From Paraspadella gotoi (lineage: Eukaryota > Animalia > Chaetognatha): a stretch of DNA of 64,000 nucleotides. The position numbers and the translations under genes were made by a program. Location of the stretch: assembly GCA_051294375.1 (NCBI GenBank), contig CM119265.1, positions 12,698,914 to 12,762,913 of the forward strand, written 5' to 3'. How positions within the stretch are numbered: the stretch's first letter is position 1; each line of letters starts with the position of its first letter. Of this stretch, positions 22,267 to 33,945 are shown one piece after another. The notes below the pieces were generated by a model. The model saw only the letters and a program-made list of their open reading frames with translations. It ran no database searches and was not told the DNA's origin.

Positions 22267-24200
22267 GTAGGTAGCTTAATTTGTTGTCAACGTGACTACT
22301 ACTTTATACTAACAATACCTGGTACCCTTAACTTTCTTGTTCATCACGGAAAAAAAGTTTAAAAATTTTTACCTTCCTCTGTTCTTATATTTTACGTATA
22401 CAGTACCGGTCTTGGCTTTCATTCATAAGTCCAGCCGGAAGCTATATCTTCTATAATAATGAATGGAATGACTTGATATGCATGTGTGGGATGGAACTCG
22501 GTATGGTCTATTCCCCATTCTATATTTCAAAAAAAAAATTTGAAGTTTTGTTTTGACCATCATTTTTTTAAAAAAATTTAATTTGCATACTGTGCTCAAA
22601 ATACTTGTACGATATAATTTTTTTTCTCAGTAAAAATTACTCTAACATTACTTGTCTAATGGTAAAGTGTTAGGCTGAAAAAAAAATATTATTTATAATT
22701 ATTGCCAATAGTTTGCTAATTAATAATAATTAGCTTATTATTTATTTTTATTTATTAGTTAAACTTTTTATTATAGAAATTAATAGTTGATTGATAGACA
22801 ATTTTATCCTGTAATCAAATTATAATTTTTTTATAATTAACTAAATAGTGATTTAATATATTACTACAAAATATGATTTTTTGATAAATAATATTTTTAA
22901 AAAAAATTTATGCCAAACTATTGGTGAAATGTTACTGATTACAAATATATAAATTTTTTTAAATTTGGATAACCCTTTAACGAAATACAGCCCCAAAAAA
23001 GCCCTAAAAATGGTTAAAAACACCTATTTTTTAAACCTTTCTAAAAACTGCAATAACACGAATTTTCAACTCAATTTTGTAAGGTATGTTAGAATTGATA
23101 GTATTTTATTGCCTGAAAAAATCAGAGATGTAGTAATAATTTTTACCTAATTATACAGATTAAATAGGGAGACGTCCTAAGAAATTCAGGTAATTTTAAA
23201 TTTTGCTGAGGTCATCTAAGTTTTCTCGTATTTTTTTTTCTCTTTGTGTTCTTTCTTCTTTTATTACCTCTCCCTTTTTTTACTTCATTCTCTCTCTCTT
23301 TAAAAAATGAAGAAAAGTAGTGAATTTTATCAAGGATATGATGCGCTTTCAAAAACGGAAGTGCCGGAGGAGGGCGATATAGTAGGATCAGTGATATCAC
23401 TAATACAGAATAATTTCATGTAATGTCTGCTTGTTTCGAATGAAACTTTGCAGAGTAGTGATCAACAATAAGATGTTTGTTATACATAAATATCTTAGTT
23501 ATGTAGTCAGTGTTGGAATACACTGAGTATTGCAGCGAACGCATAGTGGATTAACACGCTTTAGCACAACCTCTTTAGTATAACCTTAAACGTTACGTTT
23601 ACTTGTTTTTAACTTTTGTTTTATCAAACAAATGATCAACTCTAATCATCAGTAAATAGCTGATTCATAAGTTTCATCTCCATCTAGCTTAGAATCCGAT
23701 TTTCAAGATAACAAATAATTAAAAACTGACTTCAAATCTCAGCAGTTATTAATTTAATATTACTCTCCGGTTATTGTCTTATTATTTTACTGAGTCTTTT
23801 AATTAATTACATAATTGATTGATTGTTTGTTCATGTAGATATTCAGATTTCTTGCTGGAAAAGTAATATGAATATCTATATGCTTTGATTATTTTATAAG
23901 GTCAACATACTTATTACATTAACCAAGCAAGTGCGTTACATTGAACTTTTACCTCAAGCTGATAAACTTTCCTACGCCACGAGCGTCAACGTAGCGCCTC
24001 TTTCTTTTTTCTTTTTTTTTTCTTTCTTTCTTTTTTCTTTCTATGACTATCGGTCACTCTATCAAATTTGTACACAATAAAAAGAAAAAGAAATGGAAAT
24101 GACTTTGAATGGAAAACATAAGTCACATTTAGTTTAATCTTTTTACTAATTTCAACATATAATTACACAAATTAATTATAATTAGATGGATAGAAGATCA

Positions 24201-24457
24201 GATAATATTTTTGTGTGGGTAGGAAAGTTTTTAATTGTGTTAAATATAAAGTTTCGATGAAATCGTGCAAGTGGAAAAGAGTTTAGGTAGAAAAAACAAA
24301 TCATATTTACCTAAACCTTTTTTAATTATTTTATTTTTTCAAGAATTTCAGTAGATTAACTGATATAAAATTTTGTGTGTGGGTAAGAAACTGAGTTCAT
24401 TAAGCTTGCTATAAAGTTTCGATGGAATTGTGCAAGTAAAAATGAGTTTTAATAGAA
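24201..24457 (+). repeat. Diverged tandem duplication (~160-bp period)
   Basis: tgtgtgggtag/aagaaa...tataaagtttcgatg..a.t.gtgcaagt..aaa.gagttt occurs at ~24210 and ~24375. Confidence 0.65.
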
Positions 24458-24829
24458 CAAGAACGGTAATCAAATGTGTTGTTGCCGCAGTATCTGCCTT
24501 ATCACATATATTTTTTGTGACATGACATGCATGGATGTTAATATGACATGATCTGATATAACATAACTTCATGAATACAATAAACTTTCTTAACCCATAT
24601 ATTTAGGACCTGCACTACATCAAAATTCCATCTTTTATTCCTTTTAGTTTTAGGATTTCTGAAGGCGGCGCTTGCAGTCTTTTAGATTTCAGGTTTTTTT
24701 CTGTCTGAACAAATGAGCAACCAAGTGGGACAGACTGACGAACAGACATACCGACCGACCAATGGACTGACCGACCGACAAGTGACTTATAGAGCTGCTC
24801 CTCGAGTACTCACAGCGCAAACTAAAAAA
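24456..24829 (+). mobile_element. Dispersed repeat resembling a non-autonomous Helentron (HINE/DINE-1-like)
   Basis: Begins AACAAG, has an internal (GACA/GACC)-type microsatellite (gacagactgacgaacagacataccgaccgacc) and ends ...tatagagctgctc...actaaaaaa. Its 5' part recurs at 63895-64000. Confidence 0.5.
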
Positions 24830-24909
24830 CAAAAGTTCACTTTTACTGAATTTTATAAAGTCTCTCTCTATCTCTCTCTTAATCTCACAGATAAAATTGA
24901 GGCGACTTA

Positions 24910-25437
24910 CTATCTAGGAAAAAAGTATATAACATAATTCATTTATTTAATAAAAGTACACAAACTTGTAGGTAAAACATTCTTAATATTTGGTATGCCC
25001 TTTCTTGGCATCAGAGTACTGCCTGCATTCGTCTGGGCATGCTCTCATACAGCAATTGAGGTATGATAGTGAAACATTTTTTTACATCTTTAACGCAATT
25101 ATTTTCAGACCGATATTGATGTTGCATATCTTTCCCTCTTTTCTAAAAAGTATAATAGCACTTTTTTGAACCAAAAAGAGGTGCAAATAAAATAAAAATA
25201 AATAACTAAATACCAAAAATGGAGAAAACTAAATATGATTTTTTTTCGCCAATTTTATTTTGAAGTAACAATATTTATTGGCTGTAACTTCTAAATGATT
25301 TTACCTACAAAAATGAAAGGAAGCTACAGAAAAAAAATTCAATGTAGATCTGGAAACATTCTAATTTTTTAAATTCATACAAAATTTAGAAAGATATCCT
25401 CTTTATTAAAAATGTTATATACTTTTTTCCTTGATAG
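24910..25437 (-). mobile_element. Nested Tc1-like deletion derivative (MITE) with ~26-bp TIRs
   Basis: Ends read TA|ctatctaggaaaaaagtatataacat ... atgttatatacttttttccttgatag|TA, with 1 mismatch. Contains a transposase C-terminal remnant. Confidence 0.75.
24983..25060 (-). pseudogene. Tc1 transposase C-terminal remnant
   Basis: Minus strand reads QLLYESMPRRMQAVL/(1-nt frameshift)DAKKGHTKY*, matching the characteristic Tc1 terminus SMPRR..AVI.AKGG.TKY*. Confidence 0.85.
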
Positions 25438-25757
25438 TACTACCCGTCTCTCTCACTAAATCCTCTCTCCTCTTTCTCGCGAGCCGGTCAATCCACACGG
25501 TCACTTTGCCCTAGCTTGGCAATTACCTTAGATTGATTCGGACAAAGCAATAGGGCCAAGGGAGACCATAAGGTAAAGCCAGTGATGATAAAATGGATCG
25601 GAGGAGAGAGAGTTCCTTCACTCCTTTTCAACTTCTCTTACATCGTCCAATACTTCACCGACAAAATCATTAATGGCTACTTGTTAAGTTGATTGACTTC
25701 TTGAAAGATTTTTTAATGATTTATAAAATAATGGTTAATCATGAAAAAATTATTTTT

Positions 25758-26180
25758 AAAATTATGCAAGTTTAACCGAATTAGCGCAAGTTGACTAAAT
25801 TATGACAGTTAACCAAATTATGCCAGTTGACCAAATTATGCAAATTAACTAAATTATGAAAGTTGACAAATTATGCCAGGTGACCAAATTATGCAAGTTG
25901 ACCAAATAATGCAACTAGACAAAATTATGCAGTTGCCTAAATTATGCCAGTTAACCAAATTATGCAAGTTGACTAAAATTATGCCAAATAAACTAAATTA
26001 TGAAAGTTGACCAAATTTTTTCAAGTTAACAAATTATTCCAGTTGACTAAATTATCTATTTGGACCAAATTATGCCAGCCGATAAAATATGTCAGTTGAC
26101 CAAATTATCCAGTTGACCAAATTATGCCAGCCTGACCAAATTATGCCAGGTGACCAAATTATGCCAGTTGATCAAATTAT
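25758..26180 (+). repeat. 18-bp tandem repeat (CCAAATTATGCCAGTTGA), ~23 diverged copies
   Basis: Repeating aaattatg(c)(c/a)agttgac(c/t) units inside the large Tc1-like element. Confidence 0.9.
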
Positions 26181-28230
26181 CGAAGGCAGATCCGATGTTG
26201 TTTGCTAACTTTTTTATTCTTTAGTTTGCCTGATTCTACTTTTCTAAAGAAACCTCTTTAAATACGGGGAAATGAAGGTCCCTAATATTTTGGAATCACA
26301 AACACCCTCAAAAATAATTAAAATTAGAAAATTCAGCCTAATCAATAGCACAGTCTCTCACGAGTTAAAGCTCAAACTGACAGAAAAAATGTCAGAGCGA
26401 AAGAGTAGGAATGGGGAGAGAGAGAGAGAGTAGGAAATGGGAGAGAGAGTGAGAGAGAGAGAAAGTATAAAGAGAGAGAGAGACACACACACACACAGAG
26501 AACGAGAGAGAGAGAGAGAAAGAGAATGAAGAAGGGAAGGTAATACAACATCGCAAAGAAGAAAGAAACAAAGAGATAGAAAAAAAATACGAGAAAACTT
26601 GAACGAACCTCAGCAAATTCAAAATTACCTGAAATTCTTAGGACGTCTCCATATTAATCTGTATAGTTAGTTAAAAATTATTACTACGTCTCGGATTTTT
26701 TCAGCCATAAAATACTACCAATTCTAATATACATTACAAAATTTGAGTTGAAAATTTGTGTTATTGCAGTTTTTAGAAAGGTTTAAAAAATAGGTGTTTT
26801 TAACCATTTTTTAGGGCTTTTTTTGGGCTGTATTTCGTTTAAAGGGTTATCCAAATTTGAAAAAATTTATATATTTGTAATCAGTAACATTTCACCAATA
26901 GTTTGGCATAAACATTTTTTTTAAAAATATTATTATCAAAAAAATCATTTTTGTAGTAATATATTAAAAATCAACTATTTAGGTAATTATAAAAAAATTA
27001 TAATTTGATTACAGGAATAAAATTGTCTATCAATCAACTATTAATTTCTATAATAAAAAGTTTAACTAATAAATAAAAAATAAATAATAAGCTAATTTTA
27101 TATTAATAGCAACTATGCATAAATTTAATAAATATATTTTTTTTTTCAGCCTAACACTTATACCATTAGACTAAGTAATGTTAGAGTAATTTTTACTGAG
27201 AAAAAAAATTATATCGTTCAAGTATTTTGAGCACAGTATGCAAATTAAATTTTTTTAAAAAATGATGTGTCAAAACAAAACTTCAAATTTTTTTTTTAAA
27301 TATTAGAATGGGAATAGACCATACGAGTTCCATCCCACACATGCATATCAAGTCATTCCATTAATTATTATGGAAGATATAGCTCCTCTGCGACTATGAG
27401 GAAAGCCAAGACCGGTACTGTATTCAATTTGTTATTTTAATTAGCGAAGAAATTCTTTGTTCATTCTTAACCAGTTTAGTATCAATTTAGCCTCACCCTT
27501 TTTCATCCTTTGATCTTTTTTAACTTATCACAGATTCTCAATTGTCCATTGTTGGATGTCCACTGTCCTAATCTAGACATACTCTCTGATATCTCTCCCC
27601 CTCTTCCCTCCCTCCACCCACCCCCATTTTGCTCTTTTCCTCCTCCCTCCGCCATCATAATAACCGTTTCATCCCCACAGGCGATAAAACTTGTGGCGAA
27701 AGGCAAACCCATGGTGAGAAGCGGACGGACGGAAAAAAAGGATGAACGGAGAAGCGAAGAAGCGGAGAGAGAGAAGCGGTCGGAAGAGAAGAAAGAGTGA
27801 AGAGGTTAAGTAGGGCAAACCCAACGGTCGGCGGGTAGCGAATGACAAAAAGCAATGAGTACCGCGAAGCTAGGGGTCGGAATAAAGCAAACAGAAAAAA
27901 AAAAGCATTGATTAGAAGCAAGAGAGGAGCGAGTGGCAAGTAGGGAGCAGGCAATGATTAGCTGGGAGAAAATGGGCAAACGGGAAGCGATCGAATGTTA
28001 GAATTCCCGAGATATTCCACCGGCGGTTGATCCTCTCTAAAAAGCCCACCCTCGATCTTCTTCTTCTTCTTCTTCTTCTTCTTCTTCTTCTTNNNNNNNN
28101 NNCGAAATCTCCCCATCAGTCGATGAAAATCCTTTATTATAACCGGCGAGTGATTGGCACGTTTCATTCCCTCAAGATGGAGATTTACAGAGGAAAGCTT
28201 TCCCACTTTTTTCCCCCCAACGGCTGTAGG

Positions 28231-28270
<40 letters not shown>

Positions 28271-28780
28271 CTCGGCTATCTCGAGGGACGAGTCTTCTAG
28301 AAATCCCTTGGACTTGCACCCTAGATATAGGCCTCCTGCCATATGCTTCTATCTCGATAGATAAAAAAATAAGCGCAAGGGATGTATATATTCCGGTTTG
28401 ACCTCAGCCGTCGTTCAAAGGGGACGCCAGATTTTTTCGCAATCTTTTATTAAATGAGGGTGTAAATCGTACAAGGAATTGAACCGTATGAATTTTGATT
28501 TGATGTAAGTTTAATTGACTGAATACTGCTTCCTAACTTTGAATACACTTAAAACCCTCATCTTGACATCCACCCCTGCCCAATTCTAAAGCCCTCATCT
28601 TGGACATAACCTTTGCAGAAGCCTCCTCCATCTTCAACGAAAAACCTCGTCCGTCTGGGTCTTGCGTTTTCGTTGTTGTCGTCGTTGTAGTCGTCGTTGT
28701 CGTCTTCGTCTTCTTTCCCCCGGAAATTGAGATTCTGGATCAAAATATGAAGAAAGAAAAAAAAAGAAGCCTTGAGAAAA

Positions 28781-28822
28781 TGGTGAGAGGACGGCTTGGA
28801 TTCGAACCCTTGACCTCGGAGA
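28781..28822 (-). other. tRNA-like 3' fragment (B box plus terminal CCA)
   Basis: Minus strand gaggtcaagGGTTCGAATCCaagccgtcctctcaCCA; no recognisable 5' half. Confidence 0.35.
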
Positions 28823-29222
28823 GACGAATGACTTTAGAACCCAAGTGTATCGGGAATCAATGGCGGAAGATGAGAAAACGAAAAACCAATCATCGAAAAG
28901 AAAAAAGAAAAAAAAGATTGGAAAGACGGTTTCGCGACGAAAACCTTTCGCCCGCGAATCATCAAGATTCCATCGAGCTTTTCCAGTCTGAATCCTTGTT
29001 TCTTGCTTAAATAGAGATATTTTAATCGTCTCGATTCATCTGCAACCGTTTTTTTTTGCCCATCTATATCCGATCGTTTTCATCTCCAAAACATCTTCGA
29101 CCAACTTCTTCCGCGTAGAAGACCGATTCGTATCCTCGTCATTGGTTTACGACGTGGGCAGGAAACTATATTATCTCTCTCTCTCTCTCTCTCTTTTCTC
29201 TCTCTCTCTTCTCTCTCTCTCT

Positions 29223-29270
<48 letters not shown>

Positions 29271-29464
29271 CTCTCTTTCTTTCTTTTTGCTCTTTTTTTC
29301 TACGAGCGGCAGGGAGAGACGTGCTTCAACCATCCACTCTCCTAAATCATCATTTCGAACGACTTCATTTATTTTCTTTATTTTTTTCGCAAGGAAGGCG
29401 TGATTCGACAGGAAAGTAGGAAGAGGGAGAGAAGAAGAGAAGAGAGAGAGAGAAGAGAAGAGAG

Positions 29465-29505
<41 letters not shown>

Positions 29506-31522
29506 ATATAATTAAATAATTATGTCTTTCGTCCTTCTGTTTTCTGATTACAAGCACAATTCCGCAATCCGGAATTTGTTTGCTTCCTCCCAAAAACGTT
29601 GCTCCTTTTTTTTCAATCCTTCTTTTAATCCTTTTGACCGAAAATTCAATGATAATGTTAACAAAGTTCTTCCTTCTGCCAACGAAAAAATGAAAAAAAC
29701 CGAAAAAAAAAGACGTCAGAGCCTGGTACGAAACGGCCATAAAAAGAAGCTTTTTCTCTTTCTTCTTTTCAATGAAACCAGTTATTAAGATCAAATGTCA
29801 ACATTCCTTGACTACAGTTTAAAAGCCGCAGGGACGAAGAATGGGGACCGAAGGGAAAGAAGCAAGGGGAACCAAAGAGGGGAATTGATGGTAAAAGCGC
29901 GCGGGACAAAAATGGGGGGAAAGGGGCGGGTAAAAATTTGGTAAGGAAATTATGCTAGAAAAGAAAGGGAGGGAAGACCGTTTTACAAAGTCGAAAAAAA
30001 AGGGGGTGAACCAAATTTGTCATTTTCGTACAGGTAAAAGATAGAGGGGGGGATGAAGATAGAGAAGACAGAGAGAGTCGTTCCTCCCAAAAGTCTGGAA
30101 CAAAGGGAATTTTATGCCTCTCATTCGTTTTTATCTCATGCTTAAAAAATAAATAGGAGAAGGAAGGAAAGTGAGGAAAGAAAGAAATGAAGAAATTAGA
30201 AGGAGATACTCGGAAAAGAGAAACAAAAGTTTAGATTGGATGGGAAAAAGGGGAAAATAAAAGAGAGAAAGAAATAATGAAGGAAAGATATAAATGTAAG
30301 GGATCCAAGAAAACCAAGCGTTTTATGATGGAAAAGCAAAAGGAAGAAAAAATTAGGAAAGTTAAACGATTAAAATGAAACAAGAAAGAATATAAGAAAG
30401 AAAAAAAAAGAAAAAAGTAATGAAAAAAGAAAGATACAAAAAAAAGAAAAGGCAAAAATGAAACAAATTTCGAGAAAAAGAAAACAGAAAGAGAGAAGGA
30501 AAGGGGAAAGAAGGAAAGAATCCTGGAATTGGTCCCCCTGTATTAATTCTTGTAAAAAGAGGCAGCGACTAAAAGCTCCGCGTTCAAGCGAGGAATATAA
30601 AAAATTCAGGGGAAGGAGGGAAAAGAAAAAAAAAGAGAAACGCGATAATTTGGTTTTGATAACAAATTCGCAAATTCTTGGAGGCGCCATTAGTTTTCTC
30701 CGCATCGAATTTCCGAGTTTCCAATTTCCACAAGAACCTCAAATTAGGAAGCAACGGCAGACGCTGAAAAGTTTTCGCGGGGAAAAGATTAAATCGAGAA
30801 AACACTTCCAGTGCCGTTGTGAAATGAATTGAGCGATAATTGTAAAATTAACCCTACTGTAAAGGGGTTCAAAATTTGAAAGTTATCTAGATATTTTTTT
30901 GGGGGGTTTAAAAATCAAGGATCTCTTCGCTCTTGGTTGAATTAAAACGTGCCGAGTTCAGCTTTAACCGAAACTCAGTGTTTCCACCTTACATACTATC
31001 CTGTTTTAAAAGAAAGAAGAGGGAGAGAGAGTGAGAGAGAGAGAGAGAGAGAAAAGAAAGGAGACCCTGAATAAATTGAACAATGAATATGGAAAATTCA
31101 GGGTGCGCCTTAGCTCCACCTCAAGAACCTTTTCAAAAAAAGTGAACCTTCGACGAAAAACTGATACCTTTGACTCTCGAGGAAGGAAATCGAGTTTCGG
31201 AAAAGAAAAAAAGAAGTTTTAAAAATTAAAGAATAAATATTTAACTTTGAAATAAAGAAAAGAAAATTGTGAAGAAGGAGAATAAGTAAAATAAAAAGGC
31301 CTAGAAATAATTACTTTAGGTTTTTTGACGTTAAGTTGAACGGCCAAGCAGCTACAATTGAAAGGTAAGCGATGAAGACAACATCCACTCAACAGTGAAA
31401 AGAGATTGATAGAAGAACCTCCAGACGATCATCAGGGTTTTGTCATAACCTTGGTGAAAGATGATGAATATTGGAAATAAAGAAGAGCCTCTTCCGTGAG
31501 ATTAATGGAGAACGGTACGCAC

Positions 31523-31547
31523 GTTTTCCAAGAAGATCCAACTCGTC
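31523..31547 (-). CDS. Candidate 25-nt micro-exon continuing the Ig gene
   Basis: aag|G ACG AGT TGG ATC TTC TTG GAA AAC|GTGCGT. The phase-2 start fits the end of exon 33563-33779; the peptide (R)TSWIFLEN resembles an Ig E-strand. Confidence 0.3.
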
Positions 31548-32969
31548 CTTTGGTTAAGATATAATTAAAATTCACAACCATTCTAAGAAAGGCATAATAC
31601 TAATAATAATAGAATAGTATTCAACTTTCTAAAGCAAAGACGAGTTGATTAATGCGGTTATTAGACGAATTAGACGGAACGCGAAGTGAAATATTTTTTT
31701 TGTCACATGAATTCTTTCGATTTTGACCGTTCGAGCTGTGTGAACCCTTTAGGCTCTGAAAAAAAAAACTTTCGGTTTACTGTTGATATAATAATCAAAG
31801 TAACTTTTTCTTTTATTTCATATTAATTAATAGCCTTTGTATATTTATTTTTCTAACCAGTGTGGTATAAGTAAAAAAATATAAACTAATATAGTGTAAA
31901 CAGTAATATGGCAATTTTCATAATAATCTAGCAAGGTTGCAGTTATCAATATTTTGTAAATATTTGGATAATTTGTATTAGAAATTTGTAATTTGTATTA
32001 GAATCTGTAATAGAAATTACAAGAAAAATTTGGTAACATATTGAACTAGTAATTCCCCTTTTTTAACTATTTGACTAATGTCCCTAACTAGGTAAAAAGG
32101 CAAATATGATTTGTAAAAAAAAATTTCATAATTGTTCGCGGAATTGGTTAAATGTTCTAAATTTTCCTAACAAAGCCCATGTCATGGCACTATACCATAT
32201 TCACTGCAGCATCGGTAATGCTCATACAAGTGCCGATTTTTAAAAAAGTTAAAAAGTTCTATTTTTAATTCCACTGAAACTCTCCACTTTCTTGAAGATT
32301 AAATTTTTTAAATCCTAACAAACTGACCCGTTTAAAAACTTTTTTTATTTCTACAAATCATTAATTCCAGCAAAATTTTTTTTTTCATTTTTGCGAAGAA
32401 TTCATTTCTTCCTTCAGCGAAAAAACCCAAATATTTAGTAGTTCCCTTTTCGCCTCCTGCCACCGCGTTTCCATTTTTGGCAGAGAAAGATTTTTTTTCC
32501 TTCTTCTCCCTTTTTTGGTCGTGAAATCGGTTTTCCCTTTGAATGAAAATCGTTGTTCTCCCTCTTGACCGCAAATCGTTTTTCCTCCCTTTTGACTCGT
32601 TGCCAACTGGAGCTCGAATCTGAAATCTCGATTCGTATACATCAGCGCAAAAAATCGTTCGTCACAATTTGAAAGTTGGCGCGGAGGGACGAGAGAGACG
32701 ACTATGGCGACGACGACAGAAAAAAAAATACACAGAAACTGGGAAAGAAAAGTTAGAGATGAAGATATAACATCAAAGACGATGAGATGAAAGACGACGA
32801 TAAACCTAAGTCCTACTCAGTGAGTAGGGAGCTCCTAGGCCTAGTAGAAGTCAATAAGAGAGAAAACTGATATAAGAACAACATTAAAAACACTGATGAT
32901 CCCGATTACATAAGATATAAAAATTAGGTAAACGGAAGCGTAAAATGATGATGTCAAAGTAAAAGATGT

Positions 32970-33061
32970 CCCAAAATGAAGTTACTCATAAACCAAAAAA
33001 ATTGAAAAACGCTCGAAATTATTAAAAAAACCAAATCAAATAAGACAATTTAAAACAATTT
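32970..33061 (+). repeat. ~90-bp direct repeat, copy 1
   Basis: cccaaaatg..gttactcataaaccaaaaaa(a)ttgaaaaacgctcgaaatt...ccaaatcaaataagacaatttaaaa, near-identical to 33857-33945. Confidence 0.85.
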
Positions 33062-33562
33062 TGAAAATTCAATTGAATTCAAAAAATGATTTATTGTACG
33101 TAGTATTGCGCAATTTTTGCTGTTTTCTTTTTCTATCGAATCATAATGTATATTAATTATTATTAATAATATTCTCTGCTTTATTCTTCCCTCCAAATTC
33201 CTTTACTCCAATTATTTTACTTTCCGCCCTTGTCCTTCAATACTTCCCCTCCTCTTAAAGTTAAATGCATGAACGCGGACGAATATGGAATTCAATCGAG
33301 CGAATGAGCGAAAAAGTAGAAAGAAACCCTCTTCNNNNNNNNNNNNNNNNNNNNNNNNNAAAAAAAGATGGAATGAATAACTATGGATAAACTATGAGCA
33401 GTTGTGCACAAAATGAGTTGGCCCGGTGTTCAACCGAAAATGGCATTTCCAAATGAAGCGCGTGTCCAGATGTCAACAACTCGAAATGCTTCGGTCAATG
33501 ACAGCCGCGCAATTGGTGCGCCCCCACTGCCTCAACCCCAAATATTCCGCCGCGAAACTTAC

Positions 33563-33779
33563 CGCTGGCTCCTGCTCGACGAGATGTAAGTCATGGAGAG
33601 GTTAGCTGCGCACGTTCTGCAGCGTCCACGTGATGTTGCGCTTGGGGAGTTGGAGGTTGAGAAGACGTCGCACGTGACCTTGTAGCGGAGCGATCTCGTA
33701 GAAAGCTCTTCATCGCAGGGACACGTGACTTGGGGGCCGAAGTGGACGTCGACGGTGATCGTAGCCGCACTGGGCCAGG
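33563..33779 (-). CDS. Ig-superfamily gene exon 5 of those found (end of Ig2, start of Ig3)
   Basis: Acceptor ttcaag| (phase 1) and donor |GTAAG. Reads (A)WPSAATITVDVHFGPQVTCPCDEELSTRSLRYKVTCDVFS...; the Ig motif LPKRNITWTL lies in an adjacent frame, implying indel errors or decay. Confidence 0.75.
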
Positions 33780-33856
33780 CTTGAAGGGGCGTGGGAGATA
33801 GGGTGTGGTAAAAGGATATGTATATTAATTAGATGAATTAATCAAAGCTTACGGAT

Positions 33857-33945
33857 CCCAAAATGTGTTACTCATAAACCAAAAAATTGAAAAACGCTCG
33901 AAATTAAAAAAAACCAAATCAAATAAGACAATTTAAAAACAATTT
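33857..33945 (+). repeat. ~90-bp direct repeat, copy 2
   Basis: Matches 32970-33061; the two copies bracket the exon at 33563-33779. Confidence 0.85.

Larger units (their letters stand above)
22401..27420. mobile_element. Non-autonomous Tc1/mariner-superfamily DNA transposon with ~810-bp terminal inverted repeats
   Basis: Ends read TA|CAGTACCGGTCTTGGCTTTC...GAAAGCCAAGACCGGTACTG|TA (TA at 22399-22400 and 27421-27422). TIRs align over ~22401-23211 and ~26607-27420. No intact transposase ORF inside. Confidence 0.88.

Noticed and set aside
22210-22300. Minus-strand VKTYNPYG as the G-strand of Ig3
   Set aside because: It is flanked by in-frame stops with no clean splice sites; the plus-strand NHL-like exon explains the region better.
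25758-26180. Possible CRISPR-like array (the 25-bp, 16-bp and 42-bp arrays were also considered)
   Set aside because: Head-to-tail tandem units with no unique spacers, no cas genes, and a eukaryotic context.
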